From the IMG/VR virus record IMGVR_UViG_3300045988_168118: 64,000 bases of DNA. One strand, written 5' to 3'. Below the pieces are notes generated by a model. It had not been told where the DNA came from, made no database searches, and saw nothing but the letters and a program-made list of their open reading frames with translations. The position numbers and the translations under genes were made by a program. The DNA comes from a virus. The first letter of the stretch is position 1; each line of letters opens with the position of its first letter. Shown in pieces: positions 51,919 through 62,200 of the stretch.

Positions 51919-52677
51919 ATGGGAATGATGAATGATGGATTAAGTATCGCTGATGCTATGGCTTTAGCAAAAGATGGAGATTGCACTGGATTCGGCGGAA
52001 ATGGCACTTGGATTTGGGTGTTCTTCTTATTTTTCTTGTTAGCTTGGGGCGGAAATGGCTTCTTTGGTAATAGAAGTGGAGTAGACAGTGCCGCAGTTCA
52101 AGGAGCTTTAACAAGAGCAGATTTATTTGAAGGATTTAACAACAGCGACGTTCAAAGACAATTACAAGGATTATCTAATGGACTTTGTGATGGATTCTAC
52201 GCTCAAAATACAACTATGTTAAATGGTTTTAATACTGTTGGTAGAGAGCTTTGTCAAGGTTTTGGCGGAGTCAATAGTAATATGAGTTTAGGTTTTGCAG
52301 GAATCCAATCTGCAATTAATGATGCAAAATTTGCGGATCAGCAATGCTGCTGTGAAACGAATCGCAACATAGACGCGGTTCGCTATGAAAACTCTCGTAA
52401 TACTTGCGATATTGTAAATGCAATTCGTGAAGATGGAAATACTACAAGAGCGTTAATCAATGCTAATACAATGCAAGATTTAAGAGATAAATTAGCAGAT
52501 AGAGATAGAGATCTTATGACCGCAAATTTTCAATTAAGTCAACAGGCTCAAAGTGCTAATTTGATTGGAACTTTAAGACCTTATCCACAACCAGCTTATA
52601 TTACTTGCTCTCCATATGAAGCTTCCTTATTAGGAAACAGAATTTATAATGGATATAACGGATGCGGCTGTAACTAA
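51919..52677 (+). CDS. Cys-rich membrane protein, 252 aa. It has one transmembrane segment flanked by GGNG motifs, a CCCE motif and a C-terminal NGYNGCGCN.
   Basis: RBS AAAGGAG. Hydrophobic WIWVFFLFFLLAW. Contains 13 Cys residues including QQCCCETNRN. No family recognised. Confidence 0.45.
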   Translation: MGMMNDGLSIADAMALAKDGDCTGFGGNGTWIWVFFLFFLLAWGGNGFFGNRSGVDSAAVQGALTRADLFEGFNNSDVQRQLQGLSNGLCDGFYAQNTTMLNGFNTVGRELCQGFGGVNSNMSLGFAGIQSAINDAKFADQQCCCETNRNIDAVRYENSRNTCDIVNAIREDGNTTRALINANTMQDLRDKLADRDRDLMTANFQLSQQAQSANLIGTLRPYPQPAYITCSPYEASLLGNRIYNGYNGCGCN

Positions 52678-52729
52678 TCTTAATAGAATACGGGCGGAGA
52701 TTCTCCGCCCAAGAAAGGAAATATAAAAT

Positions 52730-53179
52730 ATGGGATATACAATAAACAAAGCATATCAAAAAAGCGTATTAAATGCTGTATCTACTGCAAATGAGACTTT
52801 AACAACAGGACAACTTCTACCATTTACTAATATTAATATTTTAAATGGATGTTCTATCAATTACATTGCTGGTTCTTCTTCAATTCAGTTAAAGAAACCA
52901 GGAGTTTATCTAATCAGTGTAGACGCTATCGCTGCAGAGTCTGGAACTGCGGGAACTGTTACTATGCAATTACAAAAGAACGGAGTTAATGTAGAAGGAG
53001 CAACAAGTAGTTCTAATTCCGCGGCAGTAACAGACTTTAATGGAATGTCTTTTTCAACTGTTATTAAAGTTTTACCTTCTTGTGCTTCTATTGATAATAC
53101 TACTACTCTAACTGTATTAAATACTGGCGTAGGAGCTATTTATTCTAATACTAATATAACTGTAGTTAAATTATGTTAA
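52730..53179 (+). CDS. BclA-C-terminal-domain-like (C1q/TNF-like jelly-roll) protein, 149 aa, with no collagen-like repeats.
   Basis: GVYLISVDAIAAESGTAGTVTMQLQKNGVNVEGATSSSNSAAV...LTVLNTGVGAIYSNTNITVVKL parallels the BclA C-terminal pattern GFYKIEVIAANTATASVLGGLTIQVNGVPVPGTGSS...ASIIIEKVA. Confidence 0.45.
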   Translation: MGYTINKAYQKSVLNAVSTANETLTTGQLLPFTNINILNGCSINYIAGSSSIQLKKPGVYLISVDAIAAESGTAGTVTMQLQKNGVNVEGATSSSNSAAVTDFNGMSFSTVIKVLPSCASIDNTTTLTVLNTGVGAIYSNTNITVVKLC

Positions 53180-53194
53180 TGAGGAGGCTATGTT

Positions 53195-53743
53195 ATGGCA
53201 GAAACAATATCTCCGAAAGCAACAATAGAAGAAAATACAAATGAGGACATGATGGTTAAGATGATGGAGCAGAACTTAGAAGGAGTAATGTTTCATTTAT
53301 TTGAAACAGACTTATATGATTTATTAAAATTACCTGGATTTAAGGCTTTACATTACCACCAATCACAAGAAGAGACTGAAACTCTTGAGCTTTTAAAACA
53401 TAAATATATTGAGAAATATAAAAAATTTCCAATCTTAAAAACAAAAAGTATTGACCGTTGGGAAGAAAACGAGGATTTATATAAAGATTTATCTGAAGAA
53501 AAAATTATTTCTTTAGTGAAAGAATCTATGAAACAATATGCTGATTGGGAAAGCGAAGTTTTAGAACATCTATTACAATGGAAAAGAAATGTAGAAGATA
53601 GAAAGATCGTGCATAAAATGATAGAAGATGTCATGCAAGAGATAAAGCATATAGAAACATTAATGGACATCTTAGAAGAACATGATTATAATTATCAATG
53701 TATCTGTGAAATCTCTGATTACCTTAGTCGTAGATATAAATAA
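53195..53743 (+). CDS. Hypothetical acidic helical protein, 182 aa.
   Basis: RBS GAGGAGG. Last plus-strand gene. Confidence 0.4.
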   Translation: MAETISPKATIEENTNEDMMVKMMEQNLEGVMFHLFETDLYDLLKLPGFKALHYHQSQEETETLELLKHKYIEKYKKFPILKTKSIDRWEENEDLYKDLSEEKIISLVKESMKQYADWESEVLEHLLQWKRNVEDRKIVHKMIEDVMQEIKHIETLMDILEEHDYNYQCICEISDYLSRRYK

Positions 53744-53744
53744 T

Positions 53745-53772
53745 GGGAGCTATTTAGCTCCCATATTTTTTT
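53745..53772. terminator. Bidirectional terminator between the converging late and replication blocks (gggagct-attt-agctccc, then T8 on the plus strand and an A-run on the other side).
   Basis: Seen directly. Confidence 0.6.
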
Positions 53773-54265
53773 ATTCCCAAATAATCTTATTATTTAAAAG
53801 AATATATGCATAACCTATTCCTATAGCATCTGCTTCATCATCATTTACTTTAATATTAAATTTTTCTTCTACAAATCGAATATCTTCAAGCTTTAATTCT
53901 TCTCTTTTGATTCCTTTTCCTGTGCGGATTCCACATGCAGAACGCCATTCACTTGGGTATAAATATTCAATTTTTATTTGTGGAAAATTATCATGTACAG
54001 TAAAAGCTATCGCTGCTTGAAGCCACATCAAAACACGATGAGTTTGAATATTTTGCAATCCATTTTCTGGTCTAACTTCCTCCAAAATAATTTTATCTAT
54101 AGAATATTTCTTTAAAATTTCAATTAGTCCTTCTATCATTTTTTTTATTCTTGCGATAACATCTTTTGAAGAAGCCGTAATACAAGTATGATAAGTTAGT
54201 TTATTATTTTCAAAAATAGCAAATCCGCTACTTTTGGAACTTGCATCTATTGATAATATGTTCAT
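53771..54265 (-). CDS. RuvC-like Holliday junction resolvase.
   Basis: MNILSIDASSKSSGFAIFEN with the first catalytic Asp. Acidic residues in ILEEVRP and VNDDEADAIGIGY are typical of phage RuvC resolvases. RBS AAAGGAG. Own promoter at 54294-54322. Confidence 0.65.
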   Translation of the reverse strand: MNILSIDASSKSSGFAIFENNKLTYHTCITASSKDVIARIKKMIEGLIEILKKYSIDKIILEEVRPENGLQNIQTHRVLMWLQAAIAFTVHDNFPQIKIEYLYPSEWRSACGIRTGKGIKREELKLEDIRFVEEKFNIKVNDDEADAIGIGYAYILLNNKIIWE

Positions 54266-54293
54266 ATTTAATCTCCTTTATTTTTCTATCTAA

Positions 54294-54322
54294 ATTATAA
54301 CATATTATTCTAACTCTGTCAA
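54294..54322 (-). promoter_or_regulatory. Consensus promoter (TTGACA-17-TGtTATAAT) for the resolvase gene.
   Basis: Reverse complement reads ttgacagagttagaataatatgttataat. Confidence 0.55.
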
Positions 54323-54344
54323 ATTTTATTTAAACAAAAAAAAT

Positions 54345-54377
54345 AGAGTATATAATAATATATATATTATATACTCT
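54345..54377 (-). terminator. A/T-rich near-perfect 33-nt palindrome (AGAGTATATAATA...TATTATATACTCT) with a U-run on the minus strand. Terminator after dut.
   Basis: Seen directly. The stem is entirely A/T apart from the AGAG/CTCT clamp. Confidence 0.4.
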
Positions 54378-54386
54378 ACTTAATAT

Positions 54387-54830
54387 TTATTTGGAACCGG
54401 TAGAACCAAAGCCCCCTGCCCCTCTGCTGGTATCTGTGAGAGAGTCAGTCTCTTCAAAAGTAGCTGGAATAAAAGGCATAATAATCAGTTGTGCTATTCT
54501 TTCTCCAGCCTCTACTACCATTGCTTTATCAGAATCATTATGAACGGCTACAATATATTCGCCCCGATAATCTGGGTCACAAGCACCTACACAGTTAGCT
54601 GGACGTAATCCTTTTTTTGTAGCCAATCCGCTTCTCGCGAAAATGGCTCCAAAAGTGTTTTCCTCTAATTCAATAGCAAGTCCAGTACCTATCTTTACAG
54701 TTTTATGAGGAGGAATTTCTATATCATACGCGGTCGCCGCGTATAAATCATAACCTGCGGCGTATTCGCTTCCGCGTGTAGGAATTTTTGCTAAATCATT
54801 TAAACGTTTTATTTTTACTTTATTTGCCAT
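54387..54830 (-). CDS. dut: dUTP diphosphatase (trimeric dUTPase).
   Basis: All five dUTPase motifs are present: AGYDLYA, ARSGLA, GACDPDYRGE, RIAQLII and RGAGGFGSTG. Confidence 0.85.
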   Translation of the reverse strand: MANKVKIKRLNDLAKIPTRGSEYAAGYDLYAATAYDIEIPPHKTVKIGTGLAIELEENTFGAIFARSGLATKKGLRPANCVGACDPDYRGEYIVAVHNDSDKAMVVEAGERIAQLIIMPFIPATFEETDSLTDTSRGAGGFGSTGSK

Positions 54831-55081
54831 TAAAAAACTCCTTTTTTAGTATATTCAATATCAATCTCACTATCTGGCTCTTGTTCATTATTAAAAAGTT
54901 TTACAACTTCAAAACGAATCCATTCATCAATTATTTCGCCTTTTGATTTTTTCTCTTTTTTGGTACTACTATATTTAGCTACCGTAAAATGCGGATCGGC
55001 TTTTAATTCTTTAAGAAAATCTTCTACTTCTCTTTCATTACTTAATCTATATGTTTCTACTACTTTTGTTAAATATCTCAT
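54830..55081 (-). CDS. Hypothetical protein, 83 aa.
   Basis: ORF with TAATG overlap with dut. Confidence 0.4.
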   Translation of the reverse strand: MRYLTKVVETYRLSNEREVEDFLKELKADPHFTVAKYSSTKKEKKSKGEIIDEWIRFEVVKLFNNEQEPDSEIDIEYTKKGVF

Positions 55082-55092
55082 TATAATTCTCC

Positions 55093-55350
55093 CTAAATTA
55101 AATTAATTTGAATTGAGTTTTTATTATATTTAGAAAATTCTGCTTCTTTAATTTTTTTACTAATGCCTTTTGTATATTGCTTAGGTCCAGTCAAATCTAC
55201 CTGAGTAATATTATACTTTTCTACAAAAGCAAAGATAATTTCATTTACCTCGTCTATTGTAGGATAAGCCATATCAATTTTATTACCATTTTCATAAACG
55301 TAAAAGCTTTGTTCCAAATCAAAAGGTCTTAATATTCCAATTATTTTCAT
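55093..55350 (-). CDS. Hypothetical protein, 85 aa.
   Basis: ORF in an operon with its neighbours. Confidence 0.4.
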   Translation of the reverse strand: MKIIGILRPFDLEQSFYVYENGNKIDMAYPTIDEVNEIIFAFVEKYNITQVDLTGPKQYTKGISKKIKEAEFSKYNKNSIQINLI

Positions 55351-55351
55351 A

Positions 55352-55720
55352 TTACACCTCTATAATAGCTTCATCATATGGAAATAAATAATAGCAATAT
55401 GCATCATTATTCATTTTAATCCAAATTTCAAAAGCTTCTTGTATTTCGTCTACTTTACTAATATCTAAAACTTCCCCTCTATTGAGTAAACACTCTTTTA
55501 ATTCTTCTGTTGCCTTTTCCGCGGAAGCATGATTGTTTATTTTAAAAATAGTGTAATCCTTTGCTTCATTGCAAAGTAGCATAAAATACATTTTATTATT
55601 TTTAAAAAATTTAGTTACCTGTTTTAATTTATTAGTCAAAGCAGGATAAGAAAGTTTTTTTTCTTTTTTCATAAGGTTTTTGTTAATATCGTATAAAGTT
55701 CCTAAACTAACTTCTCCCAT
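55352..55720 (-). CDS. Hypothetical protein, 122 aa.
   Basis: ORF. Confidence 0.4.
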   Translation of the reverse strand: MGEVSLGTLYDINKNLMKKEKKLSYPALTNKLKQVTKFFKNNKMYFMLLCNEAKDYTIFKINNHASAEKATEELKECLLNRGEVLDISKVDEIQEAFEIWIKMNNDAYCYYLFPYDEAIIEV

Positions 55721-55755
55721 TTTTTTACTCCTTATTTATTATAATATATTTTTAT

Positions 55756-56235
55756 TTAAAAGTCAATTCCTTTTTTTAATATTCGTTGATTGCGGCTGCC
55801 TCTTAGCCAGAGAGAATAATCTTTCTGTTCTTCTATAAAAGGTCCATCTATTAAATAGTTTATATTTAATAATATATATTTTAAATCTTTATTATTTTTA
55901 ATATCTAGCTGATTTAAAGTATATCCAGTCCATAAAAAAATTTTTATATTTGGATATTTTTTCCTTACTTCTTGAATAATATTTTTAACTAATGGAATAT
56001 TCTCTGGGCAGAGAGGTTCTCCGCCCAAGATAGAAAAATTTCGCATGACTCCATTGGCATTAATAGCTTCTATTATTGTTTTAGTTAGATTTTCTATTTC
56101 TTTTCCACCAGAAAAGCTCCAAGTTTGAGGATTGAAGCACCCCTTGCAGTGATGTGGACATCCTTGAACAAATAGAGAAACACATACCCCTATTCCATTC
56201 ACGACATCATTTTTTATAATTCCAGATATTTTCAT
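55756..56235 (-). CDS. nrdG: Anaerobic ribonucleotide reductase activating protein (radical SAM).
   Basis: CPHHCKGC (CxxxCxxC) cluster near the N-terminus, a size of 159 aa, and a position adjacent to nrdD. Confidence 0.8.
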   Translation of the reverse strand: MKISGIIKNDVVNGIGVCVSLFVQGCPHHCKGCFNPQTWSFSGGKEIENLTKTIIEAINANGVMRNFSILGGEPLCPENIPLVKNIIQEVRKKYPNIKIFLWTGYTLNQLDIKNNKDLKYILLNINYLIDGPFIEEQKDYSLWLRGSRNQRILKKGIDF

Positions 56236-56248
56236 ATTTATTTTTCTC

Positions 56249-58594
56249 CTAACGATGACGAACTCTCATTTTTACTTCTGCTTGCTTTCCAGGATTAAAT
56301 GCAGTTGAATAATCTCCTGTTAAATATCCTGTTACACGTCTTAATCTTTGAAAATTTTTGCTATGGCAAATAGGACAATTATTATCAAATTCTCCAGTAA
56401 AACCGCAGTCTAAGCAAGTGTCGTTAGGAACATTCACTGCGAAATAAGGAATGTCGTGATCCATGGCATAATTTACTATTGTTTCAAGTGCATCAAGATT
56501 ATTTTTTATCCCACCATCTAATTCAACGTAGGTAATACAACCTGCAGAAGAATACCCCGTTAGTTGAGATTCAATATCAATTTTTTCAAAAGGAGACATT
56601 TCTTTCCATACTGGCACATGCATTGAATTTGTGAAAAAATCTTTGTCACTTACGTTTTCTATTACTCCATACTTATCTTTAAATTTGTTCATAGCAGTAT
56701 AGCATAAGTTTTCTGCGGGAGTAAAATAAACTCCAAAATTAAGATGATATTTACACTTAAATTCATTGCATTTATCTGAAAATAGCTGTTCAATCTTTTT
56801 TGCTAATTTCATACCTTCTGGAGAAGTGTGATCTTTTCCAATTAATAATTGTAAAGTCTCCGCTAAGCCTAATTGACCTATTGCAAGAGTCCCATGCTTT
56901 AAAGCACTTCTTATTCCCTCTTCTGGGACGTATCCTGCAATAACTCCATTTTCATACATAAATTTCGCGGAATCTGGAGATTGCGAGCAAATCCACTCAA
57001 AGCGTTCAATTAACATATCTTTTGCTTCATCTATTTTTTTATCTAAAAGAGTTAAGAAATTATCAATGGCTAATCCTTCTAAATATTCTGTAAAAGGCTC
57101 TGAATTTTTTAAACTAGTTTCTTTAACTTCCATTGCTAAAGTAGGCATAATGATTGTCACAGGACAAATATTACCTCTTCCATCCTTAAGTTGATTTAAT
57201 CCATTAATATCCCAACCATTTGCAGTTCTACATCCCATCGTTGAGAAATAAGTGCTAGGATCGTCTTTATTATACCCTGCATTACCAGTCCAATCTACAT
57301 TTGCGTAGTTTGGGTATAATCGAGTGGCAGTACTTTTTAATGCAAGTCTATATAAATCATAATTAGGATCTTCAGGAGCTCGATTGACGCCTTTCATACA
57401 TTGAAAAATTCCGCATGGAAAAATAGAAGTTCTATGTAGTTTTCCTACTCCATTAATAGAACCTTGTAATAAGGCTTTTATTATCATTCTTCCCTCTGGT
57501 AAAGTGCAAGTTCCATAATTAATACTTGTAAAAGGCAACTGATTCCCACTTCTACTTTGGAGAGAATTTAAATTATGATACAATCCCTCTACTGCTTGTT
57601 CACATTCTTTTTTAGTCATATCTAAAGCATATCTATATGCTCTAGGACATTCTTTAAAATATTCGCTTTCAATAGATTGTTTTTCCATCCAATGAGGAGA
57701 ATCTACTTTTTTAGATCCGACTGTCTGTTTTTCTGCCTTTGTTTTATAATTATTTTGAAGTCTTTTAAAAACACCTTCAGGCATATCCTCTATTTTAAAA
57801 CCTGCCCATCCGTCATCCTCGCAATAAAATAAGCCATTTAGATAATGTTTTACGAAACTTTTTCTTACATATGGCACCATAGTCCAATCAAGATGAGTCG
57901 CTGAAACGCCTCCAAATTGCTGTAAAGATTGAAGTTGAAAAATTACCGCGACTAATTGAAAAGCTGTACTTAAACTTCTTGCAGGGCGAATGTCTACTTG
58001 TCTGGTATTAAAACCTTCTGCTAGTAATTTATCAAAAGGGATACTTAAACAATTATGCATACCTACAGCGTAGGATCCTAAATCATGGATATAAATTTCA
58101 TTATTAATATGATTTTTTTTAGAAAGATTTGAAACGCAATAATCTAAAGCATATTGTTTCATTAAAGCATCACTGGCTTCTCCCATACGACCTCCAAAAG
58201 AACGCTCATCCACATTTGCGTTTTGATTTTGGACATCTATCGCGTTAATTTTACTGGCAATCATCATTTGATTTCTTTTTATATTTTTTTTATATCTATA
58301 TGTAATATATGCTCTAGCAACATCTTTTCGTTTAGTTGACATAAGACCATTTTCTACTAAATCTTGAATTTCTTCTACTGTTAAATAAGAAGAGTTATTT
58401 TTTTCATCATTAGAATGGTTTTGCTTCTCACGCTCTTTACAAGTTTCTAGTATATAGTCTGCTATATTACCAGCTTTAATATAAGCATAGTCTGATACAT
58501 CTCCGTCTACTTCTTTAAAAGCAGATAACACTGCATCAATAATTTTATTTTGATCAAATGCAACAGTTTCTCCATTTCTTTTAATAATTTTCAT
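56249..58594 (-). CDS. nrdD: Anaerobic (class III) ribonucleoside-triphosphate reductase.
   Basis: N-terminal ATP-cone (MKIIKRNGETVAFDQNKI), C-terminal zinc ribbon (CLDCGF...CPICHS) and glycyl-radical motif RVTGYLTG near the C-terminus. 781 aa. Confidence 0.85.
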   Translation of the reverse strand: MKIIKRNGETVAFDQNKIIDAVLSAFKEVDGDVSDYAYIKAGNIADYILETCKEREKQNHSNDEKNNSSYLTVEEIQDLVENGLMSTKRKDVARAYITYRYKKNIKRNQMMIASKINAIDVQNQNANVDERSFGGRMGEASDALMKQYALDYCVSNLSKKNHINNEIYIHDLGSYAVGMHNCLSIPFDKLLAEGFNTRQVDIRPARSLSTAFQLVAVIFQLQSLQQFGGVSATHLDWTMVPYVRKSFVKHYLNGLFYCEDDGWAGFKIEDMPEGVFKRLQNNYKTKAEKQTVGSKKVDSPHWMEKQSIESEYFKECPRAYRYALDMTKKECEQAVEGLYHNLNSLQSRSGNQLPFTSINYGTCTLPEGRMIIKALLQGSINGVGKLHRTSIFPCGIFQCMKGVNRAPEDPNYDLYRLALKSTATRLYPNYANVDWTGNAGYNKDDPSTYFSTMGCRTANGWDINGLNQLKDGRGNICPVTIIMPTLAMEVKETSLKNSEPFTEYLEGLAIDNFLTLLDKKIDEAKDMLIERFEWICSQSPDSAKFMYENGVIAGYVPEEGIRSALKHGTLAIGQLGLAETLQLLIGKDHTSPEGMKLAKKIEQLFSDKCNEFKCKYHLNFGVYFTPAENLCYTAMNKFKDKYGVIENVSDKDFFTNSMHVPVWKEMSPFEKIDIESQLTGYSSAGCITYVELDGGIKNNLDALETIVNYAMDHDIPYFAVNVPNDTCLDCGFTGEFDNNCPICHSKNFQRLRRVTGYLTGDYSTAFNPGKQAEVKMRVRHR

Positions 58595-58667
58595 AATTAT
58601 CCTCCTAATTATATTATTATTTTAAGGTTTATAATATACATAATTTTTATTTATTAAACATTATTAG

Positions 58668-59258
58668 TTATTGCCCATGCATAAAATCTACAATAGGCTC
58701 AAAAGAGTCAAACATACTAGGGGCATAATCAGATTCATTATAAAAAGTTACATATTCAAAATTAATGTCTGAAAAATCTCTTTCATCAGCAAGGAACCTT
58801 CGACAAATTTCTTTACAATCTGGATTATATTCTCTTCTTAAAGCTCTTTTTAATCTTTCTTTTCCTGGCACTTCTATTAAAACTGGTAGTACCTCTATTC
58901 TTTCATCTATCAATAGTTGTCTAATTCCCGCGATACTAAAAACACCTACATTTATCTTATCTTTATCTAACTCTTGGATAGAAGTGCCATATACCCATTT
59001 TTTAAAATAAACTGCATCTATTATATCTTTATTGCGAATTCGTCTGTCAAAATCCTCACGATATAAAAAATAATAATCTACGCCATCTCTTTCGTATTCT
59101 CTTGGCGGTCTAGTAGTACAACTAATAATTTCTTTTATTTCTGAATGATTGCAACACATTCGTTTTTTTATAGTATCTTTTCCTGCACCGCTCTTTCCGA
59201 ACAGTGCAAGAACTTTATATTTTGACATTCTATTCTCCTTCCATACCATATCTAACAT
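58668..59258 (-). CDS. Guanylate-kinase-like nucleoside monophosphate kinase.
   Basis: P-loop LFGKSGAGKDT, then SCTTRPPREYERDGVDYYF (the S-TTR-PR-GE-G-DY-F guanylate kinase signature). Confidence 0.6.
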   Translation of the reverse strand: MLDMVWKENRMSKYKVLALFGKSGAGKDTIKKRMCCNHSEIKEIISCTTRPPREYERDGVDYYFLYREDFDRRIRNKDIIDAVYFKKWVYGTSIQELDKDKINVGVFSIAGIRQLLIDERIEVLPVLIEVPGKERLKRALRREYNPDCKEICRRFLADERDFSDINFEYVTFYNESDYAPSMFDSFEPIVDFMHGQ

Positions 59259-62200
59259 GCTCTAGTTTCATATCTGAACCATTAACGTCAATAATTTTGT
59301 AGAGCTGATGGGTAGGGGTGTGTTTATACGATTTAGTCTGAAATGTATCTCCACGCCTAAACCCAGTACACATTACTTTTGTTCCTCTTTGAAACCAGCC
59401 TTTTTCCATAACTTTTTTAGTTCCATCTTCTTGTTTTTCAGAAATTTGTCTTCCAAACATAGCAAAATAATCTTTTGTAAATTTTACATTAACAACTCCA
59501 GAAGTTGTTAATAATGATATTGAAGAACGAGCATCATTTTTACTAATTACAGTACCAATGATTTTATAAGTTTTGTAAATAGGAATTTCTTTTCCATTTC
59601 TTTTGAAAAAATAATCTACAACAGGCTCTTCGGGTAATTTAGAGAAATCTGAAATTCCATATTTTGAAGTATCAATATTTATTAACTCATGCGGATGATA
59701 GTAAAAACATAAGCTTTCCATTTCCCACGCTGAGATATTTCCTTTAGCATATTTATTCCAAGAGTCAAGAAATAAAGCCTCATTAAATTCTTTTAATACT
59801 GTCTGTTGATTTTCTTTAAGCCAGTCTCTAGCTCTATCCATGCCTTTTTGATACTTTTTATCCCATTTGTTTTGTAAAATACAAACGCATCCGTTTATTA
59901 CTTCAAGATCTTCCATATCATACCTTTGATTGTAGAATTTTTCACAAGCATCATCAAAGACATAATATTTTCCAACTTTTTTCTCAGTCTTTAGATATTT
60001 ATTAAAGAAAAATAATCTTTTCATACTATCTAAAGAAGGTGGAATTAAGTCTTTTTGAATTAAACCATTAAAGTTTTGTAGCGTTAATCTTTTCTTTGGC
60101 TCGCTAACAACAGATAAATAATATATCATTACAAGCACTCTTGGCTCAACATTTAATTCTTTTGCCCATTCTAATTCTAGTTTATCAAAGGCTCCGCTCT
60201 TTATTAAAGAAATCATTGCAGATTTATTTAAAGGACATCTTATCATAAAATCTTTAATACTTTTATATGGTCTACCAGAAAAAATCTGCTCAATAATTGG
60301 TGTGCCTACATTACTCAATGCTTTCATTCCAAAAAGAATTTCGTTATTTTCAGCATCTGGTTTAAAACTATAATCAGATTTATTTATATCAACTAAGGAA
60401 ACCTTAATTCCTCTATCAATTATTTCCCCTAAAGCTTGAGCCATTTTAGCATAATCTGTTGTTTTTTCTTTCTTCTTTTCTTCACTTTCATCTGTTATTT
60501 CATATTCAATTTCATCATCTTTTTCTTTATATGTTTCGATAGACCCGCTATTTACAATAAGACAGGCTGTATTCCAGTATATAATTGGATATTTATAAGC
60601 CAAATTCATTTCTTGTAAAGCAACCAAAGAATACGCTAAACAGTGACTTCGATTAAAAGAATATCCTCTCTGTACCTTAAGTAAAACATCCCAAACATAA
60701 TGTGCTAAAGTCTCTGAACAATTATTTTTTTTAATATTTTCGTAAAAAATATCTTCACATTCTTGAAAGAGTTTTCCCTGTTTTTTAGCAATACCTTTAC
60801 GACACTTGTCAGCAAAAGTAAGAGAATTCCCTCCTAGTCTTGGCTCTTGTACTAAAGACATCAATCCTTCTTGAGATTCGCATATTCCATTAGTAATTGC
60901 TGAGTGATTAGAAAGCCACTTTATCTCTTCTTTTGATAAACCATACCTTTCCATTTCTCTTATCCACACATTAATGTCTTTTCTATAAATTGCCCACATT
61001 TCAAGAGGGGTTTTACTATTTTTGTCAGGAGCCATTAAACGAATAACAGAATTAAGTACACTTAAATCGTTGACTGATCTTGGCTTAGCTAATTTAATCC
61101 CTTGAATTCCGCTTTGTTGCTCCATCTGAAATAATGATAAGATTTTATGATTCCACACCATTTCCCACATCTTTAAATCATCTCTTTCAATGTTATATAC
61201 ACCTATAACTTCTTCGTATGTCTCTCTTAAAGTAGGTTTTTTAATAATCTTTTTATCCTCAATTAGTAGATTTAGACAAGCGTGAATTTTGTCCATAGCT
61301 TCTACAGATAAAGCGTCATATTTTATTAGACTTACTTCCTCCGCATCATGGAGATCAAATTGTGTTGTAATTGTACCATCCGGTGCTCTCATTAAGGCAG
61401 TAGATTTAGTAAAAGGCTCATCTACAAAAATTACTCCGCCAGCATGAATACCAGTTCCGCATATGAGTCCTTCAATTCCTTGAGCTACTTCCCATAAATC
61501 GGGATAATTGTTTGTCATCTCATTAACAAATATTGTATTAGGTTTAAAATCTTTTTCCTTATTTCCATAAAAAACTTCTTTTAAAGTTCTAAGCTGTCCT
61601 CTATCAGAAGGAATCAAAGATGCCAAATAACTTGCTATATCATTATCATATCCTAACCCTCTCGCAGCGGTAAGAATAGCTGCTTTTGATTTTTCCGTTC
61701 TAAAGGTTAGAACATTTGCTACCCTATCTTCACCGTAAAATTCTCTAAATTTATTTAAAACCTGTGGACGACGTCCGCCCTCTATATCAAAATCTATGTC
61801 CAGAACAGAAACTCTTTCTGGATTTAAGAAACGCCAAGCATAACATTTAGTTTCTTCTCTTAAAGGGTTAATTTGAGTTATACCTAAACAATATAACAAA
61901 ATAAAACCAACCCCTGAGCCTCTTCCTGGACCTACTATGGAACCCGCTTCCCAACATAAATCTATAATTTTTTGAAGATTAAGATAATATGCTGACCAAT
62001 GCGTTTTATTAACATTAGAAGATAACCACGTAGTTTCGAGATTACTATTTATTTCATTATAAGCTTCTTTATTTTGTAAATCAGGGTGAGTTAATATACC
62101 ATGAATTATTGCTTTTACTAGTACTTTATCCCCAATATAATCAGAATCTAAAAAAGTTTTAAAGAATGGTATACGATCAATCCATTCTTCAGTTACTTCA

